Part shown: one piece after another, positions 10,001 through 19,200 of the stretch | How the letters are laid out: the number at the start of each line of letters is the position of its first letter | Numbering within the stretch: position 1 is the stretch's first letter | The notes under the pieces: model-generated | Told to the model about the DNA's origin: nothing | The model's database searches: none | What the model saw: only the letters and a program-made list of their open reading frames with translations | Virus record (IMG/VR): IMGVR_UViG_3300042691_030776 | Reading direction: 5' to 3' (one strand) | Source: a virus | DNA length: 64,000 nucleotides | Program-made: the position numbers and the translations under genes

Positions 10001-10033
10001 GAAGCATCGGCTTTTAGTCCGTTCCAGGCATGA
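7031..10033 (+). CDS. Putative baseplate hub protein (gp27-like) with low-complexity extensions
   Basis: Lies between gp53 and gp5; ASLTIIGDP and GKFTQRL hub-like motifs. Confidence 0.6.
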   Translation: MAINFFLSSKAAERFLNQAEKQLDTARRVNGELAAAVATRNVQRSENLYGQVNNFLGLATTNNNSAKREISDMARDAVIEPERELVQVYTARTKDIDTGINGVRLSSTQLITELGQARYNEQNNAPRPAVTSSGADAIEAQRAADDDARAQNPPAPLQTFNDEGELIDVPENVSEDTNADQPRLLGGPEDIGNDDGSAVVGANRPTVILARSQGAGAPGAPSDDQRSQPGAVSGSGIAEGGRPAIAPEFLAPIIPTPNPLAKLASMNYAVSIYLLNIEEYKRMLIAQKKVLPTQQLIIQSGGIDQGAGFGIGQRNKYFDVDFYLDNINIDSSIGTQGGTRAHNALTLNFTVTEPTGITFIQRLRKAVREHQNIGTSTVSEANQNFLMVIRFYGYDANGQMVNGSQLGIKEVGSDNNAVIEKWIPFQIADIRYKLANKVIEYVVTATVPQTAVGFSQMYATIPFDFELQAPDVATLLNGKTVLSRTNTANNEDLARDQEGSSNPPPNATPISALKQYTNGLAQALNEHQKNLVDTRQQQRADQYEIVIANVKGLSDAKIARPGRQDKQRTATPPPTTANQALNPQTSSYNNNSKTWSVTRGTQIVQLIDLVIRNSTYITSQQNVIFDEQTKQPKAQTPVATVQWFRIGCQVTPLEYDNIRRNLSYKIVYTVSPYQINDPRVAVFPPARFRGTHKVYNYWFTGENAEVLDLDIQVDYNYTTTFSNFQGGVPFADWTSSSRIYEKRAFQNKPNSEGTGGTGDTTTPAAQLAERLYNDADIQKASLTIIGDPDWVQQSEVFYNDPKSINLSPFMPDGSVNTAASEVLYEIKFNPVNDYNLSSGLAAINSNGGLYGQTTADIALEPQSTVFNALLVKSNFRQGKFTQRLIGAVRYFNPATATGQVQAQGSTVTRVNAEQNASADGIRGQQADVRRVDNQIAANETAAARARFLNGALPAPTDWADPYGTSDAAAIIAAQAGPPSVKPGSSTPNDDEASAFSPFQA

Positions 10034-10039
10034 CCTTAA

Positions 10040-10045
10040 TAAGTA
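10040..10045 (+). promoter_or_regulatory. Late-promoter-like TAAGTA box
   Basis: 7 nt upstream of the gp5 ATG in a short intergenic gap. Confidence 0.5.
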
Positions 10046-10052
10046 GAAAACC

Positions 10053-12383
10053 ATGGCAAATAATATGCAACGCTCATCGGGTATACCCGGTGGTTATAGA
10101 TTAGATCGAGGAAATGCACCCACACAAGTGGGTATGTACATTGGCGAAGTGCGCCAGGTACTTGACAGCACTCGTAGTGGACAAGTCAAAGTTTGGATCG
10201 AAGACTTTGCCGGCCCTGACAAAACCAATCCAGATCTCTGGCGTCCTGTGAGTCCTGTGAGTCCATTTTATGGGACCACGAATCCGCCCGCTGATCAACA
10301 AACAGGCGAAGGTAGCTATGTACTTAACAAGCAGAGCTACGGTATGTGGTTCACGCCTCCCGACATTGGCACACAACTGATATGCTTTTTTGCTTCTGGT
10401 GACTCTAACTATGGTTATTATCTTGGAGCAGTGGTCGAGCCCGGCGTCAACCATATGTTACCAGCCATTGGTGCGTCGCGCAACTTTAAACTAGACAACA
10501 GCGCACAGCAACCCTATTTCAATGGCGCCAAACAACTGCCAGTGGTTGAGCTCAACATCAACAATCAACAGATTGCAGAAAACCCCAAATTTTACGACAG
10601 CAAAAAACCAGTACACTCTGTTGTTGCCGCTGTGATGTTACAGCAAGGCTTGATCAAAGATCCCATACGAGGTCCCATCAACTCTAACGCCCAACGAGAA
10701 AGCCCCAGCACAGTATATGGCATCAGCACTCCTGGCAGACCTATATACCTTGGAGGTATGACCGATGCTGACGTACTGCAACGAGCACAGTCAGGCAGTT
10801 TAAATCCTCAAGATGCCACAATAGTCGCACGTCGTGGCGGACATTCTTTTGTCATGGATGATGGTGATATTTCTGGCAACGATGCCTTGGTACGATTGCG
10901 TACATCCAAAGGCCATCAGATCACAATGAGTGATTCGGGAGATTGCTTCTTTATCATACACGCCAATGGTCAAACATGGTTGGAGTTTGGTAACCAAGGT
11001 ACTGTGGATATCTATTCGACCAACTCTATCAATCTGCGCAGTAACGGTGACATCAACTTGCATGCCGACCGCAACATCAATATGAATGCCAAAGGGGTGA
11101 TCAATGTCAAAGGCGAAAGAGCTATTGCTCTAGAGAGTGAATTGATCACTGCCAAATCATCCAAGGCCATGTTGTTGTACAGCAAAGAATATGTGGGCAT
11201 CAAGAGCGATGGAACATTGAGCCTTAAATCTGATAAATCAGGAACCTGGGATGCTGGTAGCAACATGGTACTCAGTGCTGGTTGTATTTCTCTCAATGGC
11301 GGTGATGCGCCTGACGTACCCAAACCTGGCGATATACTCAAACAAAGTTTGCCCGACGTCAAGTTTGAACAAAACCGAGGCTGGGTGGTGCAAAATGGAG
11401 CATTGACATCAATCGTTACTCGAGCACCCACACATCAACCTTATCCTTTGGCCAATCGTGGTATCAACAATCAAACTGATCTACAAGCATCCACAGCACC
11501 AGTGGCTGTGTCAGGAGAAATCAACACCAAGTATGCAGAGATACAAGATGTAGATTTTAATCCAATACAGGCCGAAGACTATGAAGTACAACAGCCAGCC
11601 ACAAGAAGCATAGGTTCGATTGAGCCTGATCAAGTCACAGGTATGTTGGCACAAACCAGGCTAGACTCTGGCCAAGATTCCACTGATCTCAGTGAGGAAG
11701 GACTTGGAGAATACAAGTTAACACCAGCACAGTTGGAAGCCGCAGGATATCTCAAACCAGGCACAGTTGAGTTTTATTTGAGCGATGGTACAGCCACCGC
11801 CGTAGACGTGTTGACCAGTCCGTCGGTGTGGACCGGGCAATCAGGGGTCAGCAATGTGTCTGCTTTGTTGTCAGATCGTAACTTACAAGCACAGGTACAA
11901 ACAGATCTTTATTCACAATCATTGCAACGACTCAGATCTGCAGGAGTAGTAACTGGTGGCGAAGATCCTGCAAAACTGGCTGGTATTGTGCAGGCCGGAT
12001 CTAAATATGGAGCAGAAACAGTCAAACAGTGGATACAAGGAAAACTGGGAGATTCAAACAAAAACTCTGAGATCAACAAACTGGTTCGTGGAGCCCAGTA
12101 TGCAGTGGATCTTGCCAACCAAAAAATCAGTGACGCCCTCAAAGGCTACAGCACCACAGGTATAGGATCTACTTCTACTGTAAATCGCAGTGGAATAGAT
12201 TCCGCAGTCACGTCGGTGATCGGAGATGCTAAAATCACCACTCCCAACTACACCACTCCGTTTACCATATATTCCAATGTAACTGATGCGGATCTAACTT
12301 ATTCCGGAGACGACCCCATTGTGTTAGCCAACATAAATGCTGAACGTCGCCGCCGCGGTCTTCCTCCCATACAAACGGCTTAA
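10053..12383 (+). CDS. gp5: Baseplate central spike (gp5/VgrG-like) with C-terminal extension
   Basis: OB-fold (DSTRSGQVKVWI, YGMWFTPPDIG), GHSFVMDD and LRTSKGHQITMSD beta-helix repeats, RAPTHQPYP tip. Confidence 0.8.
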   Translation: MANNMQRSSGIPGGYRLDRGNAPTQVGMYIGEVRQVLDSTRSGQVKVWIEDFAGPDKTNPDLWRPVSPVSPFYGTTNPPADQQTGEGSYVLNKQSYGMWFTPPDIGTQLICFFASGDSNYGYYLGAVVEPGVNHMLPAIGASRNFKLDNSAQQPYFNGAKQLPVVELNINNQQIAENPKFYDSKKPVHSVVAAVMLQQGLIKDPIRGPINSNAQRESPSTVYGISTPGRPIYLGGMTDADVLQRAQSGSLNPQDATIVARRGGHSFVMDDGDISGNDALVRLRTSKGHQITMSDSGDCFFIIHANGQTWLEFGNQGTVDIYSTNSINLRSNGDINLHADRNINMNAKGVINVKGERAIALESELITAKSSKAMLLYSKEYVGIKSDGTLSLKSDKSGTWDAGSNMVLSAGCISLNGGDAPDVPKPGDILKQSLPDVKFEQNRGWVVQNGALTSIVTRAPTHQPYPLANRGINNQTDLQASTAPVAVSGEINTKYAEIQDVDFNPIQAEDYEVQQPATRSIGSIEPDQVTGMLAQTRLDSGQDSTDLSEEGLGEYKLTPAQLEAAGYLKPGTVEFYLSDGTATAVDVLTSPSVWTGQSGVSNVSALLSDRNLQAQVQTDLYSQSLQRLRSAGVVTGGEDPAKLAGIVQAGSKYGAETVKQWIQGKLGDSNKNSEINKLVRGAQYAVDLANQKISDALKGYSTTGIGSTSTVNRSGIDSAVTSVIGDAKITTPNYTTPFTIYSNVTDADLTYSGDDPIVLANINAERRRRGLPPIQTA

Positions 12384-12386
12384 ATA
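12381..12386 (+). promoter_or_regulatory. Late promoter TAAATA
   Basis: 7 nt upstream of the gp25 ATG. Confidence 0.6.
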
Positions 12387-12393
12387 CTAGACC

Positions 12394-12768
12394 ATGGCTA
12401 CATTTATTGGATTCAACACCATCGATCAGTACAAGAAGTTCACACTTGTGGACTTCCAGTTGATTAAGCGCGACTTGCTGAACTATTTCAATATACGACA
12501 AGGTGAAAAAGTTGGTAGGCCCGAAGTAGGTACTACAATGTGGAACTTGGTATTTGAACCACAAACAGAACAAACAGCCTCACTAATAGTACAGGAAATG
12601 CAACGCATCGTGGGACAAGATCCAAGGATTTATCTATCCAGTGCCGAAGCCTACCCACAGGTCAACGGCATTCTCGTTGAGTTAGAAATACAAACAGTGC
12701 AGGGACAAACTGCTGAACTGCTGAGTGTATTCTTTGATCAACAGACTCGCACCGCCAGTTACATCTAA
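12394..12768 (+). CDS. gp25: Baseplate wedge subunit gp25-like
   Basis: IRQGEKVGRPEVGTTMWNLVFEP...DPRI motif; between gp5 and gp6. Confidence 0.85.
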   Translation: MATFIGFNTIDQYKKFTLVDFQLIKRDLLNYFNIRQGEKVGRPEVGTTMWNLVFEPQTEQTASLIVQEMQRIVGQDPRIYLSSAEAYPQVNGILVELEIQTVQGQTAELLSVFFDQQTRTASYI

Positions 12769-12773
12769 ATCTG

Positions 12774-12797
12774 AGCCGTTTATTCAAACCATAAATA
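12774..12797 (+). promoter_or_regulatory. Late promoter (AGCCGTTT-N10-TAAATA)
   Basis: Same architecture as 4589-4612. Confidence 0.7.
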
Positions 12798-12813
12798 CTT
12801 CACGGAAGGTATT

Positions 12814-15800
12814 ATGGCCAAGACTACTAGACAAACAGCAATATTTGGGGTAGAAGACTGGAAACGGATCTACACAACATATCGAGAAGCAGACTTTCAA
12901 AGTTATGATTTTGAGACTCTGCGTAAGAGCTTTGTTGATTATATTCGTATCTATTACCCTGAAAACTTCAATGACTACATTGAATCGTCAGAGTTTGTAG
13001 CTCTCTTGGACGTCATGGCCTTTATGGGCCAAGCACTGGCTTTCCGTAACGATTTAAACATCCGCGAAAACTTCTTAGACACAGCTGAAAGACGTGATTC
13101 CGTGGTACAGCTGGCCAATCTAGTCAGCTATACTCCTAAACGCAATCAAGAAGCACAGGGATATCTCAAAGTTTTCAACGTTTCAACCACAGAAAATGTT
13201 ATAGACTACAACGGTCAGAACCTCAGCGGTGTGACCATAAACTGGAATGATGTTACAAACCCCAACTGGCAAGAACAGTTCACAGTGATCGTGAATGCGG
13301 CCTTGGCTGACAGCCAACGATTTGGCAAGCCTGGAGCTACAAAAAACATCCTAGGCATTGAAACCCAGGAATACAGTTTAAATCTTGTGCCAGGCTACTT
13401 ACCGATCGTGCCATTTACATCTGAAGTTGATGGCACATCAATGAGTTTTGAAGCTGTGAGTGCCACTTTCCAAAACGAAGATTATGTGTATGAACCATCG
13501 CCACGCCCGTCGGGTATCTTCAACGTGCTGTTCCGTAATGATAGACTAGGCTTTGGCAGTCCCAACACAGGATTCTTCTTTTATTTTAAACAAGGTTCAT
13601 TGCAGAATCAAGATTTTAACCTCGGCGAGCGCATTTCAAATCGTGTGGTAGCTGTCAACATTGAAGGCATCAACAACGATGACGTGTGGCTATATCAACT
13701 CGATGATGTGGGCAACATCCAATACGAGTGGGAAAAAGTGGACAGTATCTACAGTGCGGCAGTAGAACAGTTAGCACCAGATGCTCGCAAGTTCTTTTCT
13801 GTAACATCAAGAACCAACGATCAGATCAACTTGAACTTTGGCGATGGAGTTTTTACTGAAATCCCTGTAGGCACATTCCGTAGCTATGTCCGTGCGTCCA
13901 ACGGTTTGCAGTACATCATCAATCCAGAAGAAATGCAGGCCGTACAGATCTCCATCGGTTACGTTAGCCGTACAGGTAGATTAGAAAACATCACATTCAC
14001 CTGCGGTTTGAGCCAGCCAGTGAGCAATGCTTCTGCTAGAGAAACAATCGCTGCCATCAAGCAACGTGCTCCTGCTCGTTACTACACACAGAACCGCATG
14101 GTCAACGGTGAAGACTATTCAAACTTACCTTATACATTGTTTGGTACGATCATCAAATCCAAAGCTGTGAATCGTAGTTCCATTGGTACCAGTAGATATC
14201 TCGATCTAGTAGACATCACCGGAAAATACTCGTCTACCAACATATTTGGTAGCGACGGCCTGATTTGGGAAAATACTGCCAGTCCAAGTTTTACATTTAC
14301 TTTTGTTGATCAAAATGACATTGCCAACGCTATCATCAATGAAGTAGAACCTGTGCTTGGAAGTCGCGGAATGTTGGAGTTTTACTATCAGAACTTCCCT
14401 CGCCCAAGTCTGACTACATTGAACATTGAATGGCAACAAAGTACCACTGCTGCCAACGAAACCACAGGTTATTTTAAATTCAAAGCCAGCGGTGCGCCAG
14501 CACCTATTGGGCCCCAGACCAGCGACAACAAAAAATACATGGCGCAGGGATCCTTGATCAAGTTTGTTCCGCCAGCTGGTTATTACTTTGATCAGAACAA
14601 CAGATTAAAACTAGGTGTGCCTTCACAGCCCAATGACAAGTTGGTGTTGTGGGCCACGGTCAGCGCACTGGTATTAGACGGAACCAACTTTGGTAATGGA
14701 AACTTTCCAGACGGAGTTGGCCCTGTCACGCTCAACAACTTTATACCCACAGATGCTGTTCCTGTGCAAGTCATACCTAAATTTGTGACAGATTTGCCAA
14801 CCACGGTTGAGCAGTCAATGACTGAACAAATAGAACTGTATAGAAATTTTGGTATTGGATTTGACAATCTAACATCAACTTGGTATGTGATCACTTCCAA
14901 CAACTTGGATGCAGATACCACATTTAGTTTGGCTTATGCGCAGGATCAGTCAGGTCAAGGGCTTGACAACTCTTGGTTGGTAGCATTCACTACAGATGGC
15001 GTGACTTACACAGTGACCTATCGTTCACTGCAACGATTCTGGGGTAGCGTGTTGCAGACACGTTTCTTCTACGATGGATCACAGCGTGTATATGATCCAC
15101 GCACAGGTACTGTAATCAACGATTTCATCAACTGCCTCAAGACCAATAATCTTCCAGACGTGAGCTTGCCACAGAACTCAGACATCGTCATGGACATCAT
15201 CGGTCAGCCTATCGAAAGCGATGGCTATGTCGATGATTTCCAAGTGCGCATCAGTTTCAAAGACTTTGACAATGATGGTGTTGCTGACGACCCTGACTAC
15301 TTCCAAACCATTGTGGCTCCCACTGTGAATCCTTCCAGCAAGTATGTGTTTTTCCAACGTACAGTAGACTTTGACAATCTTGAACGCTACTTACCGTTGA
15401 ATGCCGGAGAAGTTATCAGCGAGTATCAAACCAAAGATCAGATTGAACTGGTCAAAGCAGAATACGCAGATGGACAGTATTTCTATGCCACCAATGAGTT
15501 GGCATTCTACGAGCTCGACATTGCCTTCAACGGTGTAAGAACACTGAGCCAAGTCACAGATTTGTTGGCCAAAGTTGGTCGCCAAGATCTAGCATTCCAG
15601 TATCGTCACAACGCACCATTGAGTCGCAGGATCGATCCTGGTTCATCCAACATTATTGACTTGTATTTGGTCACACAGGCCTATTACACAGCCTACCAAA
15701 ACTATATCAAAGATTCAACAAACACAGTGCCCGAGCCTAGCCCGCCGACCATTGATGAGCTGTCAGCGTCCTACAACGGGCTACAAAAGTACAAAATGAT

Positions 15801-16221
15801 TTCAGACAACGTGATCCTTAACTCTGTAGTATTCAAACCATTGTTTGGTGTCAAATCTCCTCCTGAACTACGAGCCACACTCAAAGTGATACGTAGTTCA
15901 AACTCTGTGGTCAGTGTCAGCGAAATCAAGAGTCGCATGGTTGCCGCTCTTAATGAATATTTTACCATTGACAAATGGGATTTTGGGTTGACCTTCTATT
16001 TCTCAGAGCTGGCTGCTTATCTACACAAAGAGTTAGGGGACATTATTTCCACAGTGGTATTGGTTCCACAAGATCCTCTAAAGAGCTTTGGTGACCTGTA
16101 TGAGATACGTAGCCAACCCAATGAAATATTTGTCAACGCTGCCACTGTGACAGATATTGAAGTGATTGACGCATTGACCAGCAGTGAATTGAGAACCGCT
16201 CCCAACAGTGGTGTTGTATAA
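12814..16221 (+). CDS. gp6: Baseplate wedge subunit gp6-like (enlarged, 1135 aa)
   Basis: DFETLRKS, ENFLDTAERRDSV, INLNFGDG, RETIAAIKQRAP...QNRMVNGEDY baseplate J/gp6 motifs. Confidence 0.85.
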   Translation: MAKTTRQTAIFGVEDWKRIYTTYREADFQSYDFETLRKSFVDYIRIYYPENFNDYIESSEFVALLDVMAFMGQALAFRNDLNIRENFLDTAERRDSVVQLANLVSYTPKRNQEAQGYLKVFNVSTTENVIDYNGQNLSGVTINWNDVTNPNWQEQFTVIVNAALADSQRFGKPGATKNILGIETQEYSLNLVPGYLPIVPFTSEVDGTSMSFEAVSATFQNEDYVYEPSPRPSGIFNVLFRNDRLGFGSPNTGFFFYFKQGSLQNQDFNLGERISNRVVAVNIEGINNDDVWLYQLDDVGNIQYEWEKVDSIYSAAVEQLAPDARKFFSVTSRTNDQINLNFGDGVFTEIPVGTFRSYVRASNGLQYIINPEEMQAVQISIGYVSRTGRLENITFTCGLSQPVSNASARETIAAIKQRAPARYYTQNRMVNGEDYSNLPYTLFGTIIKSKAVNRSSIGTSRYLDLVDITGKYSSTNIFGSDGLIWENTASPSFTFTFVDQNDIANAIINEVEPVLGSRGMLEFYYQNFPRPSLTTLNIEWQQSTTAANETTGYFKFKASGAPAPIGPQTSDNKKYMAQGSLIKFVPPAGYYFDQNNRLKLGVPSQPNDKLVLWATVSALVLDGTNFGNGNFPDGVGPVTLNNFIPTDAVPVQVIPKFVTDLPTTVEQSMTEQIELYRNFGIGFDNLTSTWYVITSNNLDADTTFSLAYAQDQSGQGLDNSWLVAFTTDGVTYTVTYRSLQRFWGSVLQTRFFYDGSQRVYDPRTGTVINDFINCLKTNNLPDVSLPQNSDIVMDIIGQPIESDGYVDDFQVRISFKDFDNDGVADDPDYFQTIVAPTVNPSSKYVFFQRTVDFDNLERYLPLNAGEVISEYQTKDQIELVKAEYADGQYFYATNELAFYELDIAFNGVRTLSQVTDLLAKVGRQDLAFQYRHNAPLSRRIDPGSSNIIDLYLVTQAYYTAYQNYIKDSTNTVPEPSPPTIDELSASYNGLQKYKMISDNVILNSVVFKPLFGVKSPPELRATLKVIRSSNSVVSVSEIKSRMVAALNEYFTIDKWDFGLTFYFSELAAYLHKELGDIISTVVLVPQDPLKSFGDLYEIRSQPNEIFVNAATVTDIEVIDALTSSELRTAPNSGVV

Positions 16222-16223
16222 AC

Positions 16224-19200
16224 ATGGCAAACACAAGAATTAGAACAGTAGATTTTTTACCAGAGATTTTCCGCACGGCTACCAATCGCCAGTTTCTCAG
16301 CGCGACTCTAGATCAGCTGGTACAAGACCCCAAGCTCAAACCTACACAAGGATATATTGGACGCAGAGTAGGACCTGGTGTTAACCCCAATGACAACTAT
16401 GTTCTAGAACCTACCAAAACAAGAACAGATTATCAGTTGGAACCAGGTGTGGTGTTTTTAAAACCCAACACCAACACTGTTGAAACAGCGGTGACATATC
16501 CAGGCTTGATTGATTCGATCAAAGTCAAAGGTGGCAATGTATCAAGACAAGACAGACTCTGGGAAAGCGAATACTACAGCTGGGATCCGTTTGTTGATCT
16601 TGACAAGTTTATCAACTTCAGCCAATATTATTGGCTGCCCGGTGGACCTGATTCTGTAGACGTATTTGCTGATCCTATTCCGCTGACCGATGATTACACT
16701 GTCACTCGTAACGCCACAAACTATGAGTTCAGTGGTGTACCTGGACAGAATCCAACCATCACATTGGCCAGACAAGGCACCTACGAATTCAATGTACAAC
16801 AAACTGGCCATCGTTTCTGGATACAAGCAGTTCCAGGAATATCAGGAACATTGCCTCAAACTCCTAACCAGAGCAGTAGAGAAGTGCTGGGTGTAATCAA
16901 CAACGGCGATGACAATGGAACTATCACTTTCAATGTTCCAGAGAAGTCTGCACAGAACTTTTATTATACATTGGCTGATGCTGGTTCGGTGTCATTTGCC
17001 ACAAACATTGACTTTGATCAGATCAATAATCAATACGTATCCGAGTTTTTGAGAAACTATGGTGGCATTGATGGCGTCACCGATCTTGATGGCCGCACAG
17101 TTATTTTCTTAGGTGATTCGGGTTGGTTCTTTACAGGACTATATGATAGTCCAGGTCAGCCCTATGATACTGTACCATTTGATGAAACGATAGAAATCAC
17201 TCTAGATTCTCAAAAGTATTCTGTATGGCGAATCACGTATGTCTATGATGACCCTACCAATCCTTATATCAAACTCACAGTAGATCGTCCAGTCAACAAC
17301 CTTAGTCGACTGTTGATAGAATACGGTACGCAGTATTCAAATATCAGCTTTTATAAAACTGCATCAGGATTTTTTGAGCGTATACCACTGATCACAGCCA
17401 ATCTTGACGTGCTGTATTATCAAGATCAAGACAATCCAGCCTTGTTTGGACTGATTAGACTGGTTGATAATCCTAATACTGCTCCTATCGTTGTACAAGA
17501 CGAAAGTATTCCCAGCGTAAGATTAATCAATGCCAACATCAATGACACTGTGTTGACCTTTACCACGGCCATTGGCGGAGCACTATTGCCAGGTATGGTT
17601 CTCAGTGGCGGAGGCGTCACTGACGGTACGTATCTTGTGAGCTCTCTGGGCGACAACACTTGGTTACTGAATCAAACAGCCACAGGACAACCAAACGTAG
17701 CTCAAATAGTTGATATCATCGGAGCAAGATATTATACCAGCCCCAATGGTGTGGTATTTTCCAATGGTCTCAAAGTGCAGTTCCAAGGACCAACTGTGCC
17801 CGCCAGCTATTCAGGCAACACCTATTATGTCGAAGGAGTTGGAGCGTCAATACAACTGCTGCCAGTTGAAAACTTTATCACTCCTGAAACCTACACAAGA
17901 TCAACCACAGTTCCCTATGATTCGACTCCGTATGACGCAACACCATTTGATGATTCGTTAAATGCGCCATTGGACACAGACTATCTCACGATCAACCGCG
18001 CCAGCCAGGATCAAAATGCTTGGAGTCGTAGCAATCGCTGGTTCCACGTTGACATCATCAATGCCACAGCTGAATACAATGGCACTGTGCCATTCCTAGA
18101 CAATCGATATCGTGCTAAAAGACCAATCATAGAGTTCATTGCCAATCTTAAACTGTTTGATTATGGCACTGAAGCCATAGCCCCAGTCAACATCATCGAC
18201 TTCAGAGAAACAGATGCGTTGAGTAATATCAATGGTACCATTGGCTATAGTGTGGATGGATATGCGTTTGCCAACGGCACACGGGTTATTTTTGCCGCAG
18301 ATATCGATCCCGAAGTGCGTAACAAAGTCTATGAAGTTCAGTTCATATTGCCCACTGGGTCAGGTGTGCCAATCATTGATTTGCAACCTGCTGATTTGAA
18401 TTCACCAGATCAACTCTACGGTCAGAATACCATTATCACCAGCGGTATCACGCAACAAGGAAAGAGTTTTTGGTACAATGGCATCACCTGGGTCCCAGCA
18501 CAACAAAAAACCGGTGTTAATCAAGCACCGTTGTTTGATGTGTTTGACGGCAATGGTTTTAGTTTCAGCGACAGATTGGTTTATCCAGGAACATCGTTCA
18601 CGGGCACTAAACTTTTCAGTTATGCCATCGGTGAAGGCGTCACCGACAAAGTCATTGGGCAGCCTCTGAAATATCTCACAATCAACAACGTTGGAGACAT
18701 TGTATTTGATAACAATCTTTACATTGATGAGTTTACCTACGTTGAAGATACAATCACAGTTACAGAACAGATTGGCACAGGTTTTGTAAGACAATACTAC
18801 AGCCGTCTTGAGTTTGACAAGTTAATAGGTTGGACCACAGCATATACCACTGTGACATCTCGACAAGGATTCTCTTTCACTTACACTGGTGATCCACTGG
18901 TAATTGATGTTCCAGTAAACACCAACAGTACCGCAGTACCGATAAAAGTGTTTGTCGACGCTATATTTTTAACCACAGACAACTACACCTACGAGATCAA
19001 ACCAAACAACAGCACTGTTATTACATTTATAAATCCACCTCCGTTGAATTCTTCTATAGAAGTTTCCATAGTCAGCGATGTGGCCAGCCCAACTGGATTC
19101 TACAGTGTTCCTTTGAATCTTGAAAACAATCCTCTAAACAGTCAAGTCACTGAGGTCACACTGGGCACGGTTAGAAACTACTACGGCAGTATCTGCCAGA

